DNA from: an uncultured Candidatus Rokubacteria bacterium
GTDB lineage: Bacteria > Methylomirabilota > Methylomirabilia > Rokubacteriales > CSP1-6
NCBI GenBank assembly: GCA_963754315.1
Contig: CAVWFS010000014.1
Location: 223,839-287,838, forward strand
Direction of reading: 5' to 3'
Length of the DNA: 64,000 nt
The position numbers were made by a program, and so were the translations under genes. The notes under the pieces were generated by a model. That model was not told the DNA's origin. It saw only the letters and a program-made list of their open reading frames with translations, and made no database searches. How positions within the stretch are numbered: the stretch's first letter is position 1; every line of letters starts with the position of its first letter. Positions 20,546 to 30,876 of this stretch are shown piece after piece.

Positions 20546-22574
20546 TCAGATTTCCATAACGATCCACGGTGGCGCGCTGGCCGGGCAAGATCACGGTGGT
20601 CGCATCGAGCTGCTCCACCACCGCGGGGCCGGTCAGCCGCGCCCCCGCCGACAGTGCCTCGCGCTCGTGGCAGGCGCACGCGAGCCACCCTCGGCCTCGA
20701 AAGTAGACGGGTCGACGCTCGATTCGCGGGCGGTGCGCGCGCCGCGACGTGGGCAAGCGGGGCAGCGCAAAGCGTCTCACCGTGCCCCTCGCCGCGACGC
20801 GCAGGGTGACGATCTCCACCGGGGCGTCGGGAAGCGCGTACGTGTAGAGCGTCTCGTGGCGCCCATGAAACCGCGCGATGAGGGGCGCCAGGGCCAGATC
20901 ACTCTCGTCCCACGGCACGGTGACCTCGAATCCTTGGTGGCGATAGCGCAGATCGGCCAGCCGCAGAAGACGACGATCGGCCATCGGCACACCCTCGCGC
21001 GCCAGCCAGGCGCGCGCTTCATCCTCCAGCTCGCCATAGATCGTCGCCACCGCCGCCAGATCGTAGCGTGGCGGCGTCTGCAAGCTCGTGCGCGCGTAGT
21101 CGTTGCGGACCTCGCTGCCGAGCAGCCCGAGCGCGGAGAGCACCCCCGGATGGCGCGGTACCACCACCGTGCCCATTCCGAGCAGCGTGGCCAGCGCGCC
21201 GCCGTGCAACGGACCGGCGCCCCCGAAGGGCACCAGCGCACACGCGCGCGGGTCGTGGCCACGCTCGACTGACACCAGGCGTATGGCGCCCACCATGGCG
21301 TTGTTGACGATGTCGAGGATGCCGCTGGCCGCCGCCTCCAGGCTGAGCCCGAGCGGCTGGGCCACCCGCTCGGCGATGGCCAAGCGGGCCCGCTCCACAT
21401 CGAGCCTGATCTCCCCGCCCGCCAGATGTGGCGGAAGGCGACCAAGGACGAGATGGGCATCGGTCACGGTCGGCTCCTCGCCGCCCGCTGCGTAACAAAC
21501 CGGGCCCGGTACCGCGCCCGCGCTCTCCGGGCCGACGGTCAGGGTGCCGTCGTCGGCCACGCGAGCGATGGAGCCGCCGCCGGCGCCGATGGTGTGGATG
21601 TCGATCATGGACACACCGAGCGGCCACGCTCCGATGGTGCCCTCGGTGGTGACCTGTGCCTCGCCGCCCCGGATCAAGCACACGTCCGCGCTGGTCCCGC
21701 CGACGTCGACGGAGATGACGTCGGGGAAGCCCGCCGCCGCCCCCACCAGCCGTGCGCCGATCACGCCCGCGGCAGGCCCGCTCAGGGCAGTGTGGATCGC
21801 CTGTCGGTGTACCACCTCGGCCGCGACCACGCCACCGTTGGACTTCATGATGCGCAGTGGCGCCCCCACCCCGTAGGCGCGCAGCCGGGTCTCCAGCGTG
21901 CCTACGTAGCGGCCCACGAGCGGCTGCACGTAGGCGTTAAGCACGGTGGCCAGGGTCCGTTCATACTCCCGGAAGACGGGCAGCACCTCCGACGACAGCG
22001 ACACCGCACACTGGGGGTGTTCCTCCAGCACGATCTCGCGCGCCCGCCGCTCGTGGGCGGGATTGGCGTAGGCGTGCAGGAAACAGATGGCGAGCGCATC
22101 GGCGCCCGCCGCTCGCAGCCGGCGAACGGCCTCCCGCACCGCCGCCGTGTCCAGCGGTGTGAGGACGTTGCCCTCCACGGTGACGCGCTCCGGGATCTCC
22201 ACGATCAGCTCGGGCGGGACCGGGCGCGCCGGCTTCACCCACGCGAACATGTTGGCGCGGCGAGGGATGTCGTGGCGGCCGATCTCGAGCACGTAGCGAA
22301 AACCGATCGTGGTGAGCAGTCCCGTGCGGACGCCCTTGGCCTCGAGAATGGCATTGGTGGCGGTGGTGGTCCCGTGCAGCACCTGCCCGAGCGACTCCGG
22401 GCGCGCGCCGGCCAGGTGGAGGGCCTTGTCGACGCCGTTCAAGAAGCCTTCGGCCGGATCGTGGGGCGTTGTCGGCGTCTTGGTGATCCAGACGGCGCCG
22501 GTGGCCGGATCGGTCAAGGTCACGTCGGTGAAGGTGCCGCCAACGTCGAGGGCGATTGCCAACCCGGATGGCAT
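20543..22574 (-). CDS. Hydantoinase A / 5-oxoprolinase alpha subunit; true stop uncertain (reads into the repeat)
   Basis: DVGGTFTD, HGTTTATNA, SGPAAG, DVGGTSADV, GAGGGS, C-term VDRYGNLII. Confidence 0.9.
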
Positions 22575-22642
22575 GACGGCGCCATACTGCGCGACGCGCT
22601 CTGGGCTGTCAACGGAGGGCGGCGGCAGTAGACTGGCTCACG

Positions 22643-23380
22643 ATGACTCACCCACGCGCAGCGGTGGCCATCCTGACGGCGGTGAGTATCGTGGTCGCGT
22701 TCACCGTTACCGGCGAGGGTCAACGCCGCCCCTCGGGAGCAAGCCCGGACGAGCAACGCAAGACGATGGTGTTCACGCAGATCAGTTCCCGCGGGGTCAC
22801 GAATCCCCTCGTGCTCAAGGCAATGCGCGAGGTCCCCCGTCACCTGTTCGTGCCCGAGGCCCAGCAGGCGCATGCCTACGAGGACCGTGCCCTGCCGGTG
22901 GGCGAGGGACAGACGATCTCCCAGCCGTACATCGTCGCGCTGATGACGGAGCTAGCGCGCGTCGAGCCCGGGCACAAGGTCCTCGAGGTGGGCACCGGAT
23001 CCGGTTACCAGGCGGCCATCCTGGCCCAGATGGGGGCCTCGGTACACACGATCGAGATCATCCCGCCCCTCGCCCAGCGCGCGCGCGCAACCCTCGATTC
23101 CGTCGGCTACCGGAACATACAGTACAGGGTGGGAGACGGCTATCGCGGCTGGCCTGAGGCGGCTCCCTTTGACGCCATCCTCGTGACCGCGGCGCCCGAT
23201 CACGTCCCTCAGCCGCTCGTGGACCAGCTCGCGATCGGAGGACATCTCGTGGTCCCGGTCGGAGGCTCCCAGCAGACGCTGATGGTCATCACACGCACCG
23301 GCGATGGAACCCGTAGCGAGCGGACCATTCCGGTCCTGTTCGTTCCCATGAAGGGCGAGGCCGAGCGCGGCCGCCGCTGA
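22643..23380 (+). CDS. pcm: Protein-L-isoaspartate(D-aspartate) O-methyltransferase
   Basis: VPRHLFVP, GQTISQPYIVA, VLEVGTGSGYQAA, APFDAILVTAA, FVPM. Confidence 0.95.
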   Translation: MTHPRAAVAILTAVSIVVAFTVTGEGQRRPSGASPDEQRKTMVFTQISSRGVTNPLVLKAMREVPRHLFVPEAQQAHAYEDRALPVGEGQTISQPYIVALMTELARVEPGHKVLEVGTGSGYQAAILAQMGASVHTIEIIPPLAQRARATLDSVGYRNIQYRVGDGYRGWPEAAPFDAILVTAAPDHVPQPLVDQLAIGGHLVVPVGGSQQTLMVITRTGDGTRSERTIPVLFVPMKGEAERGRR

Positions 23381-23397
23381 CGACCTTCGACCAGCCT

Positions 23398-24363
23398 CTA
23401 GTGCCCATAGACTTCCTCCAGAAGGGCGGCCAGGCGATAGCCGGCCCGGGCTACGCGCTCGATCGCCACGGGTGACGCCCACTGGGTATAGGCCGCCGGT
23501 GGGTCTTGCCCGCGGCGCAAGGTCGGCGGATAGGCGCGTTTCGCCTCCTCCAGCGACTCCCGGGCCCAGTCCTCGAACTTGCCGGGCTTGAGATCGCCCT
23601 CCAAAGAGACTCGAGGATGTCGGGCGACCACGAGGGCGGCCGCCCGTGCCAAGTAGGCCCCGGTCGATTCGTTTGGATACCGAGGGATGGCTTGGTCAAG
23701 CATCCGGTCCCAGTAAGTGTGAAGGTCCTCGGTCGACGGGCCGAGCCGAAACAAGTTCCCGCCCCGATCACCGTCGGGTTCCCGGCGCGTTACCCGAGAG
23801 CCGCCATGAAGCGGCTGATGGACGTCCCCTACTAAATGCAGCAGCCACCCCTGCGCAATCGCGCGTTCTCCCATGGAGTTCCCCGGCGCCTTGAGCACGC
23901 CGCGGAAGTGCTGGAGGCGCTCGACGACATTCTCGGAATTGACGGGCAAGCCCGGCAGGTCTACTGGTCCGTTCGGACCCTGCCTCCAGAAGAAGTGCTG
24001 ATAGTGCCAGGTCGGGCGATGGTACGTGCGTCGATCGGCAATCTCCAGATAGCGCACACGATCCGGCCAGGTGCTGGCACGGCGGAAGAACTCGCGCTGG
24101 CGGGCCGGCCATGGGCGCTTGTCCTGCGACAACAGCCGCGCCAAGCCCGCATCGGGCGGCGCCTGGCGCAGGATGTCGATGACCGTTCCCCGTGTGGAGT
24201 CCGACAGTCGCTCCCAGGCGATGAGAGCGATGATCTGATGCGCGGTATCGTTCCACGCCTGCGCGGAGTGAGCGCTCGCTAGCAGCAGGCCGACCACGAT
24301 AAGGAGCATCGCAGGCACGGCGATCAGCCATCGAAGTCGAGGGCGAGTCGAATGGTGGCGCAT
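23398..24363 (-). CDS. Secreted S1/P1 family nuclease
   Basis: Signal peptide then W-N-D-T-A-H; WPD, WHY, HLVGDVHQPLH, DRGGN, LHTYWD zinc ligands; start uncertain. Confidence 0.88.
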   Translation of the reverse strand: MRHHSTRPRLRWLIAVPAMLLIVVGLLLASAHSAQAWNDTAHQIIALIAWERLSDSTRGTVIDILRQAPPDAGLARLLSQDKRPWPARQREFFRRASTWPDRVRYLEIADRRTYHRPTWHYQHFFWRQGPNGPVDLPGLPVNSENVVERLQHFRGVLKAPGNSMGERAIAQGWLLHLVGDVHQPLHGGSRVTRREPDGDRGGNLFRLGPSTEDLHTYWDRMLDQAIPRYPNESTGAYLARAAALVVARHPRVSLEGDLKPGKFEDWARESLEEAKRAYPPTLRRGQDPPAAYTQWASPVAIERVARAGYRLAALLEEVYGH

Positions 24364-24514
24364 GTGACGAAGCGCACCATCGACGAAAGTCACGAGTCGC
24401 GGGACGACCATCTCGCTGAGACGATCCCACAACGCGAGAAGGTCAGCAACGCCAGGCGCCGTCAAAGCGAGCATGGACCGTTGTCTCTGCTCATGGTATG
24501 ACCGGGGAGCAGCC

Positions 24515-25576
24515 ATGGAATTCGGTCTTCAGTTCTTTCCCGACGTTAACCCCGCCGAGCGTGCGGCTGCGGCGTACTGGGACGACGCCCTCCACTTGAC
24601 GGGACTCGCAGACGAGTTGGGCTACACCACCGTGCGCACGGTGGAGCACTACTTCCACCCCTATGGCGGCTACAGCCCGGATCCCATCGTATTCCTGGCC
24701 GCCGCCTCTCAGCGCACGCGCAGGGCGCGGCTGGTGACGGGCGCCGTGCTACCGATCTTCAACAATCCGCTCAAGCTGGCCGGGCAGATCGGCATGCTCG
24801 ACGCGATCTCTGCGGGCCGCCTCGACGTGGGCTTCGCTCGCGCCTTTCTGCCGCACGAGTTCGCTCGATTCGGACGCTCCCTCGACGAGAGCCGGGCCCG
24901 CTTCGAGGAGGGCATCGAGCAGGTCCGGCGGTTGCTCGAGGATCAGAATGTGAGCATGGAGGGGCGCTTCCACCGCTTCCGCAACGTGACGTCGCTGCCA
25001 CGGCCCACCCAGAAGCCGCGGCCGCCCTTCTATGTGGCCGCGCTGAACACCGAGGAATCGTTCGTGTGGGCGGGCACGCATGGCCACGGGGTCATGGCCA
25101 TTCCCATGGGCGGCAGCAAGCTGCGCGACTTGCTCGCCGCCTATCGCGATGCCTGGCGATCGTCGGGTCGCCCCGGTCGGGGCACGGTCATGCTGGCTTT
25201 TCACATGCTCTGCCATGAGGACGCGGTCGAGGCAGTACGGATCGCGCGGGAGCCGCTGAACCGGTATCTACGCTCGCTGGTCGACGCGGCCTCGGACTGG
25301 ACGGGCGACGCCCGCTCCGAAAGCTATCCGGGCTACGACAAGATCATCGCCGGGCTCGCCGAGCAGACCTTCGAGATGCAGGTGGCAAGCCGCTCGGCGT
25401 GGGTGGGCTCACCGGCCGGGATCGTCGGGCAGATCCGCGACTATGTCGCCGAGGTGGGCGGCTTCGAGCACGCGTCCTTGCAGGTGAACTTCAATACCGT
25501 CGGCCGCGTGGAGGCAGAAGCGTCGATGCGCCTGTTCGCGCGCGAGGTGATGCCACGCGTTCGCGAGGTGGTATAA
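24515..25576 (+). CDS. LLM-class (luciferase-like) flavin-dependent oxidoreductase
   Basis: VEHYFHPYGGYSPDP, LDAISAGRLDVGFAR, PRPTQKPRPP, MRLFAREVMP. Confidence 0.9.
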   Translation: MEFGLQFFPDVNPAERAAAAYWDDALHLTGLADELGYTTVRTVEHYFHPYGGYSPDPIVFLAAASQRTRRARLVTGAVLPIFNNPLKLAGQIGMLDAISAGRLDVGFARAFLPHEFARFGRSLDESRARFEEGIEQVRRLLEDQNVSMEGRFHRFRNVTSLPRPTQKPRPPFYVAALNTEESFVWAGTHGHGVMAIPMGGSKLRDLLAAYRDAWRSSGRPGRGTVMLAFHMLCHEDAVEAVRIAREPLNRYLRSLVDAASDWTGDARSESYPGYDKIIAGLAEQTFEMQVASRSAWVGSPAGIVGQIRDYVAEVGGFEHASLQVNFNTVGRVEAEASMRLFAREVMPRVREVV

Positions 25577-25594
25577 GCCAGCTGGGCACGGGCA

Positions 25595-26869
25595 ATGCGG
25601 AGGCTGCGGACGCAGGTGGTCATCGTCGGGGCGGGCCCCAGTGGCCTGTTGCTCTCCCACCTGCTCGCGCGGCGGGGTGTGGACTCCGTCGTGATCGAGC
25701 GGCGCACACGGGAGTACGTCGAGCAGCGCGTGCGGGCCGGGCTCCTCGAACAGGGCACCATCGATGTGCTTCGCGACGCGGGGCTGGCCGACCGGCTGGA
25801 CCGCGAAGGCCTGGTGCACGAGGGCTTCGAGCTTCGGTTCGACGGCGGCCAGCACCGTGTGCCGTTCACCGAGCTGACCGGATGGACGACCTGCATGTAC
25901 GGGCAACAAGAGGTCGTCAAGGATCTGATCAGGGCACGCGAGGCGGCCGGCGGCCAGCTCTACTTCGGCATCACCGACGTTGCCCCCATAGACGTGCAGA
26001 CCGACGCGCCACGGGTGCGCTGCACGGTCGAGGGCGAGCCCATGGAGATTGCCGGTGACTTCGTGGCCGGCTGTGACGGCTTCCACGGCGTCTGCCGCCA
26101 CAGCGTGCCGGCGGGTACGTTCACGACGTATGAGCACACGTACCCCTTCGCCTGGTTGGGCATCCTGGCAGAGGTCGCGCCGTCCACGGAGGAGCTGATC
26201 TATGGCGTGCACGACCGGGGATTCGCGTTGCACAGCATGCGGTCGCCGACGATCAGCCGGCTCTACTTGCAGGTAGCACCAGCGGAGCCGCTCGCGGACT
26301 GGCCGGATCACCGGATCTGGGCCGAGCTACGGACGAGGCTGGCCCTCGATGACCAGGAGGGTCTGAACGAAGGGCCCATCCTGTCCCGCGGCGTGACCGA
26401 GATGCGCAGCTTCGTGCTCGAACCGATGCAGTACGGACGCCTCTTCCTGGCCGGGGATGCGGCGCATATCGTGCCGCCCAGCGCCGCCAAGGGGCTCAAC
26501 CTGGCGGTGGCGGACGTCGGGCTCCTGGCCGCAGCCCTCACTGCCTGGTACGCCAACGGTAGCTGGGAACTGCTGGACGGCTACTCACGGGACTGTCTCG
26601 CGGCCGTGTGGCAGGGACAGGAGTTCTCTGCGTTGATGACCTCCCTGCTGCATCGCTTTCCGGGCGAGGACCGTTACGCGGTCAAGCTGCGACGGGCGCG
26701 GCTATGGGAGCTCGTCGTGTCGCGGGCGGCGGCGACGGCCTTCGCCGAACAGTACGTCGGCCTGGCGCGTGCTCGGCTCACCCCGCCCGCTCGGGGAGAG
26801 TCTTCCCTGAGGCCGCCACCGAGCTGTACCGGCCCTGCCGCGCCAAGGGCGCCAGTGTTCGCAAATTGA
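25595..26869 (+). CDS. pobA: 4-hydroxybenzoate 3-monooxygenase (C-terminus extended into a PIN remnant)
   Basis: GAGPSG, RVRAGLLEQG, YGQQEVVKDL, GCDGFHG, ELIY...RGFALHSMRS, GDAAHIVPP, EQYVGL. Confidence 0.9.
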   Translation: MRRLRTQVVIVGAGPSGLLLSHLLARRGVDSVVIERRTREYVEQRVRAGLLEQGTIDVLRDAGLADRLDREGLVHEGFELRFDGGQHRVPFTELTGWTTCMYGQQEVVKDLIRAREAAGGQLYFGITDVAPIDVQTDAPRVRCTVEGEPMEIAGDFVAGCDGFHGVCRHSVPAGTFTTYEHTYPFAWLGILAEVAPSTEELIYGVHDRGFALHSMRSPTISRLYLQVAPAEPLADWPDHRIWAELRTRLALDDQEGLNEGPILSRGVTEMRSFVLEPMQYGRLFLAGDAAHIVPPSAAKGLNLAVADVGLLAAALTAWYANGSWELLDGYSRDCLAAVWQGQEFSALMTSLLHRFPGEDRYAVKLRRARLWELVVSRAAATAFAEQYVGLARARLTPPARGESSLRPPPSCTGPAAPRAPVFAN

Positions 26870-27009
26870 TTGACTGCCTGATCGCCGCCGTGGCCATCCG
26901 CGACGGGGCAACCTTGCTCCACAACGACCGCGACTACGACGTGCTGGGGCGCCACACGCGCCTCCGGACAGAGCGTTACCGGACCCTGCGGGTCGTCCCG
27001 CCGCGCTGA
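26797..27009 (+). pseudogene. C-terminal half of a VapC/PIN toxin
   Basis: AATELYRPCRAKGASVRKLIDCLIAAVAIRDGATLLHNDRDYDVL; no N-terminal PIN half or antitoxin. Confidence 0.75.
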
Positions 27010-27051
27010 AGCCTCCCTATCCCCGCGGCGATGATCGGATGGAATGTCGCG

Positions 27052-27073
27052 GGTCAGACCATGGTCTTTGACC
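27052..27073. promoter_or_regulatory. Candidate GntR/FadR-type operator upstream of the ABC-AroM-DUF917 operon
   Basis: GGTCAGACCATGGTCTTTGACC, palindromic and containing GGTCxGACCA. Confidence 0.35.
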
Positions 27074-27225
27074 TTGGCAAATTCTCCGCCGGCGATATCG
27101 GGCAGACTGCTGTCGGCGCCAGCCGCCCGACCGACGGCGCGATCGCCGCTCGCGCCGCCGCGCGCTTGATAATCGACGAGGTTCTGGGACAAGCTGGGGG
27201 CCAACTCTGCCGAGGAGGCTTGCTC

Positions 27226-28255
27226 ATGAGAGGTCATGTGGCGCGTCTCGTCCTGATCGCGGATCCTGGCCGGCGCGCTCGCCCCGGTCTCCCCCGCCGA
27301 GGCCCAGCAGCCGACCCTCGTCGTCACCGGCTACGGCGGCCGATGGTCGGAGGTGATGAAGAAGGCCCTCGTCGAGCCCTTCGAGAAGAAGCACGGGGTG
27401 AAGGTCGAGGTGGTCACCGGCATCACCACCGAGTGGGTGGCCAAGCTCCTGGCCGCCGGCCCCGACAACCCGCCGTTCGACGTGGTCTTCGGCAACGAGC
27501 CGCCCTTCCCGATCCCGCGCGAGCGCGGGTTCTTCGAGAAGCGCAACGAGACCCTGGCCCCGAACATCAAGAACCTCTATCCGAAGGCCCTGATCGGCGA
27601 CACGAGCCTTGCCATGTTCTGGGGACGCATCGGCCTCGCCTACCGCACGGACGTCGGCCTCAAGAGGCCAACATCCTGGAAAGACTTCTGGGACGAGGCG
27701 TACGTCGGCCGGCGGGCCACCTACGTCATCGGCAACACGCTCGGCATCAACTTCCTGTTCATGGCCTCCAAGCTCTACGGCAAGGACTACTTCGACATCG
27801 ACGCCGGCCTGGCCGCCATCAAGCGCGCCCAGCCCAAGCTGGTGGACTTCACGGGCACCGTGGAGAAGCAGCTCGAGCAGAAGGAGGTCGTCATGGCCGT
27901 ACTCCACGACGCCTCCGCCTACGATCTACAGAAGCGCGGCATCCCGGTGGACTGGGTCGCTCCCGCCGAGGGCCAGCCGATCCTCGACCAGATCGTGCAG
28001 GTCACTCGCGGCTCCAAGCACAAGGACCTGGCCTGGAAGTTCATCGACGCCTACATCTCGCCGGAAGTCCAGCTGGCCTTCGCCACCGAGCTGTTCTGGA
28101 GCCCGACCAACAAGACGGTCAAGGTGCCGCCCGACGTCGCCAAGAAGCTCATCAGCGGGCCAGCGGACGTCGATCGGCTGGTGCTCTTCGACTGGGCCCA
28201 GGTCGCCAAGCAGCGCCCGCAGTGGACCGAGCGCTGGAACAAGGAGATGCGTTGA
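27226..28255 (+). CDS. Polyamine/opine-type ABC substrate-binding protein; frameshift in the signal peptide (~27262)
   Basis: [54 protein letters not shown]. Confidence 0.85.
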
Positions 28256-29316
28256 CGGATCGCACCTCGGACACCGTCACCCTGACCGGTCTCGTCAAGC
28301 GCTACGGTACGACCCTCGCTCTCGACGGGGTATCCCTCTCGGTCGCCCCCGGCGAGTTCTTCACCCTGCTTGGGCCGTCGGGCTGCGGCAAGACCACGAC
28401 CCTGCGCTCGGTGGCCGGCTTCGTGACTCCGGACGCCGGCGATGTGGCCATTGACGGCGCGAGCATCATCGGGGTCCCGCCTCACCGGCGCCGGGTGGGG
28501 ATGGTGTTCCAGCACTACGCGCTCTTCCCGCACCGCACCGTCGCGCAAAACGTGGCCTTCGGCCTGCGCATGCAGCGGGTCGCCAAGCCGGAGATCGCCT
28601 CACGCGTGGCCGAGGCCCTCGCCCTGGTGCAGCTACCGGGCTACGGCGGGCGCTACCCGAGCCAGCTTTCGGGCGGGGAACAGCAGCGGGTCGCGCTCGC
28701 GCGCGCCCTGGTGACGCGTCCAGCGGTGCTCTTGCTCGACGAGCCGCTGGGGGCGCTCGACAAGAAGCTGCGCGACCACATGAAGATCGAGCTGAAGCGG
28801 CTGCAGCGCGAAGTGGGCATCACCACCATCTACGTCACCCACGATCAGGAAGAAGCGCTGACCATGTCCGACCGCATCGCGGTCATGCACCGCGGCCGGG
28901 TCGAGCAGGTGGCGTCGCCGCGCGGTCTCTACGAGACCCCGGCCACTCCTTTCGTGGCCAGCTTCATCGGCAACATCAACCTGCTCACTGGCCGTGCGGC
29001 CGGGACGAACACCGTGGACTGCGGCACCGCCACCCTGGCCGCCACCGGCGCCGCGCCGAGGGGCGCCGCAGTGTCGGTGGCGCTGCGTCCCGAGCGAATC
29101 CGGCTCGATCCCTCGGCGGCTCTGGACACCGTGATCCCCATGACGGTCGCCCACGTGGTCTATCAGGGTGAGACCGTGCGCTATATTTTGAAATCCGAGG
29201 CAGGGCTCGAGCTGCAGGCCGTCGAGCTGGGGGAAGTCCGCTTCGCAACCGGCGCAAAAGTGCGCGCCGGTTGGGCGGCCATCGACGCCCGCATCATCCC
29301 GGAGGAACGTTCATGA
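28252..29316 (+). CDS. ABC transporter ATP-binding protein (PotA-like)
   Basis: [35 protein letters not shown] start overlapping SBP stop. Confidence 0.92.
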   Translation: MTDRTSDTVTLTGLVKRYGTTLALDGVSLSVAPGEFFTLLGPSGCGKTTTLRSVAGFVTPDAGDVAIDGASIIGVPPHRRRVGMVFQHYALFPHRTVAQNVAFGLRMQRVAKPEIASRVAEALALVQLPGYGGRYPSQLSGGEQQRVALARALVTRPAVLLLDEPLGALDKKLRDHMKIELKRLQREVGITTIYVTHDQEEALTMSDRIAVMHRGRVEQVASPRGLYETPATPFVASFIGNINLLTGRAAGTNTVDCGTATLAATGAAPRGAAVSVALRPERIRLDPSAALDTVIPMTVAHVVYQGETVRYILKSEAGLELQAVELGEVRFATGAKVRAGWAAIDARIIPEERS

Positions 29317-29352
29317 CCGACGCCCGCATCACCCTGGAGGAACGTTCATGAC
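29283..29352. repeat. 35-bp tandem duplication (2 mismatches) spanning the ATPase stop / aroM start junction
   Basis: cgacgcccgcatcatcccggaggaacgttcatgac / cgacgcccgcatcaccctggaggaacgttcatgac. Confidence 0.9.
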
Positions 29353-30025
29353 CAAGGTCGGCCTGATCACCGTGGGCCAATCTCCCCGAAGCGATGTCGT
29401 GCCCGACATGGCGGAGATCCTGGGAGGCGATGTCGAGATCGTGGAGGCGGGCGCCCTCGACGGGCTCGACCGCGAGCGGATCGCGACCTTGGCCCCGGAG
29501 GGCGACGACGAGATCCTCGTCACCAGGCTGACCGATGGCACGTCGGTCTTCGTCGGCAAGACCAAGATGATTCCGCTCATCGAGGCACGCATCGCCGCCC
29601 TCGAGGACCGGGGCGTCGTCCTCAACGTGCTGCTCTGCACCGGTGAGTTCCCGAAGCTTGCCGCCCGCCGGCCGTTTCTCGAGCCGCAACAACTGTTGCT
29701 AGGCCTGCTGCGTGCCATGACGTTCCCCGGCCGCCTCGGCGTGCTAACCCCGTCCGAGCGCCACGTGCCGCAGACCGAGGCGCGCTGGCGGGCCTCGGGC
29801 TTCGATGCGCACGTAGCCCCATTGTCCCCGTACGAGGAGCACGATCCGGCCGCCATCCGGCGCGCCGCCCAGGCGCTCCGTGCCGGCAAGGCCGGCCTCG
29901 TGGTCATGGACTGCATCGGCTTCCGGCGCAAGACGCGCGACGAGGTGGCCGCCCTCACCGGCGCGCCGACCCTGGTGGCGAACCTGCTCGTGGCGAGGGT
30001 GGCCGCGGAGCTGCTCGGCCGCTGA
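29348..30025 (+). CDS. aroM: AroM family protein
   Basis: TVGQSPRSDV, GALDGL, LVTRLTDG, LLCTGEFP, MDCIGF. Confidence 0.88.
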   Translation: MTKVGLITVGQSPRSDVVPDMAEILGGDVEIVEAGALDGLDRERIATLAPEGDDEILVTRLTDGTSVFVGKTKMIPLIEARIAALEDRGVVLNVLLCTGEFPKLAARRPFLEPQQLLLGLLRAMTFPGRLGVLTPSERHVPQTEARWRASGFDAHVAPLSPYEEHDPAAIRRAAQALRAGKAGLVVMDCIGFRRKTRDEVAALTGAPTLVANLLVARVAAELLGR

Positions 30026-30029
30026 GTCC

Positions 30030-30876
30030 GTGAATCGTCGCGCCGGCGTCTTCCTGCTGGGGCCGTACGTCCTGCTGCTCGTCGTGTTCTTCGTGGCCCC
30101 GCTGCTGCTGATGCTCGGCATCAGCCTCTCGCGGGAGTCCTTCGGCCGGCTCGAGGCGGCGCTGACCCTGCGCCACTACGTGCGCTTCTTCACGGACTCG
30201 TACTATCTCAGCGTGCTCGCCGACACCCTGTGGCTGGGGTTGCTCACCACCGTCGCCACCTTGCTCCTCGGCTATCCCCTCGCCTATCACCTGGCGCTCA
30301 CGCGGTCGCGGTGGAAGCCGCTCCTTATCGTGTTCATCCTCTCGCCGCTCCTGGTCGGGATCGTCATCCGCTGCTACGGCTGGATGATCCTGCTCGCCGA
30401 CCGCGGCCTCATCAACACAACGCTTGTGGAGCACGGTTGGCTGGCCCGGCCCCTGCCCCTCATGTACAACAAGTTCGGCGTCACCGTGGCCCTCGTGCAC
30501 GTGTTCCTGCCGTTCATGGTGCTCTCGCTCACGGGTGTGTTGAAACGCATCGAGCCCGCGCTGATCGAGGCCTCCCAGACCCTCGGCGCCTCGCCACGCC
30601 GGGCCTTCTGGGAGGTGACCCTGCCGCTCTCGCTGCCCGGCATTCTCGCCGGCTCCCTGCTCGTCTTCTCCCTGGCCATCAGCTCGTTCGTGGTGCCGAT
30701 CCTGATCGGCGGGCTTCAAGGTGCACGTGCTGCCGATGACGGTCTACGAGCAGGTGCTCTCGGTGTTCGACTGGCCCTTCGGGGCCGCCAACGCCTTCGT
30801 GCTGCTCGTGATCTCGGTGGCGCTGATCGCCGTCTACATCAAGGTGACCGAGCGCGCGCTGCGGGGAATCGTGTGA
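30030..30876 (+). CDS. ABC permease (PotB-like); frameshift near 30712
   Basis: GYPLAY, IRCYGWMILL, EASQTLGAS, then VLPMTVYEQ...WPFGAA in the next frame. Confidence 0.85.

Noticed and set aside
19401..22574. 1057-aa hydantoinase A / binding-protein fusion in the ORF track
   Set aside because: The middle is out-of-frame sequence; the binding protein has its own start and signal peptide in another frame, so the join depends on frameshifts.
27031..29316. 761-aa ORF and similar over-extended calls (45172..47331, 58234..59523, 29880..31646)
   Set aside because: Only part of each matches a family; the rest overlaps other real genes out of frame.
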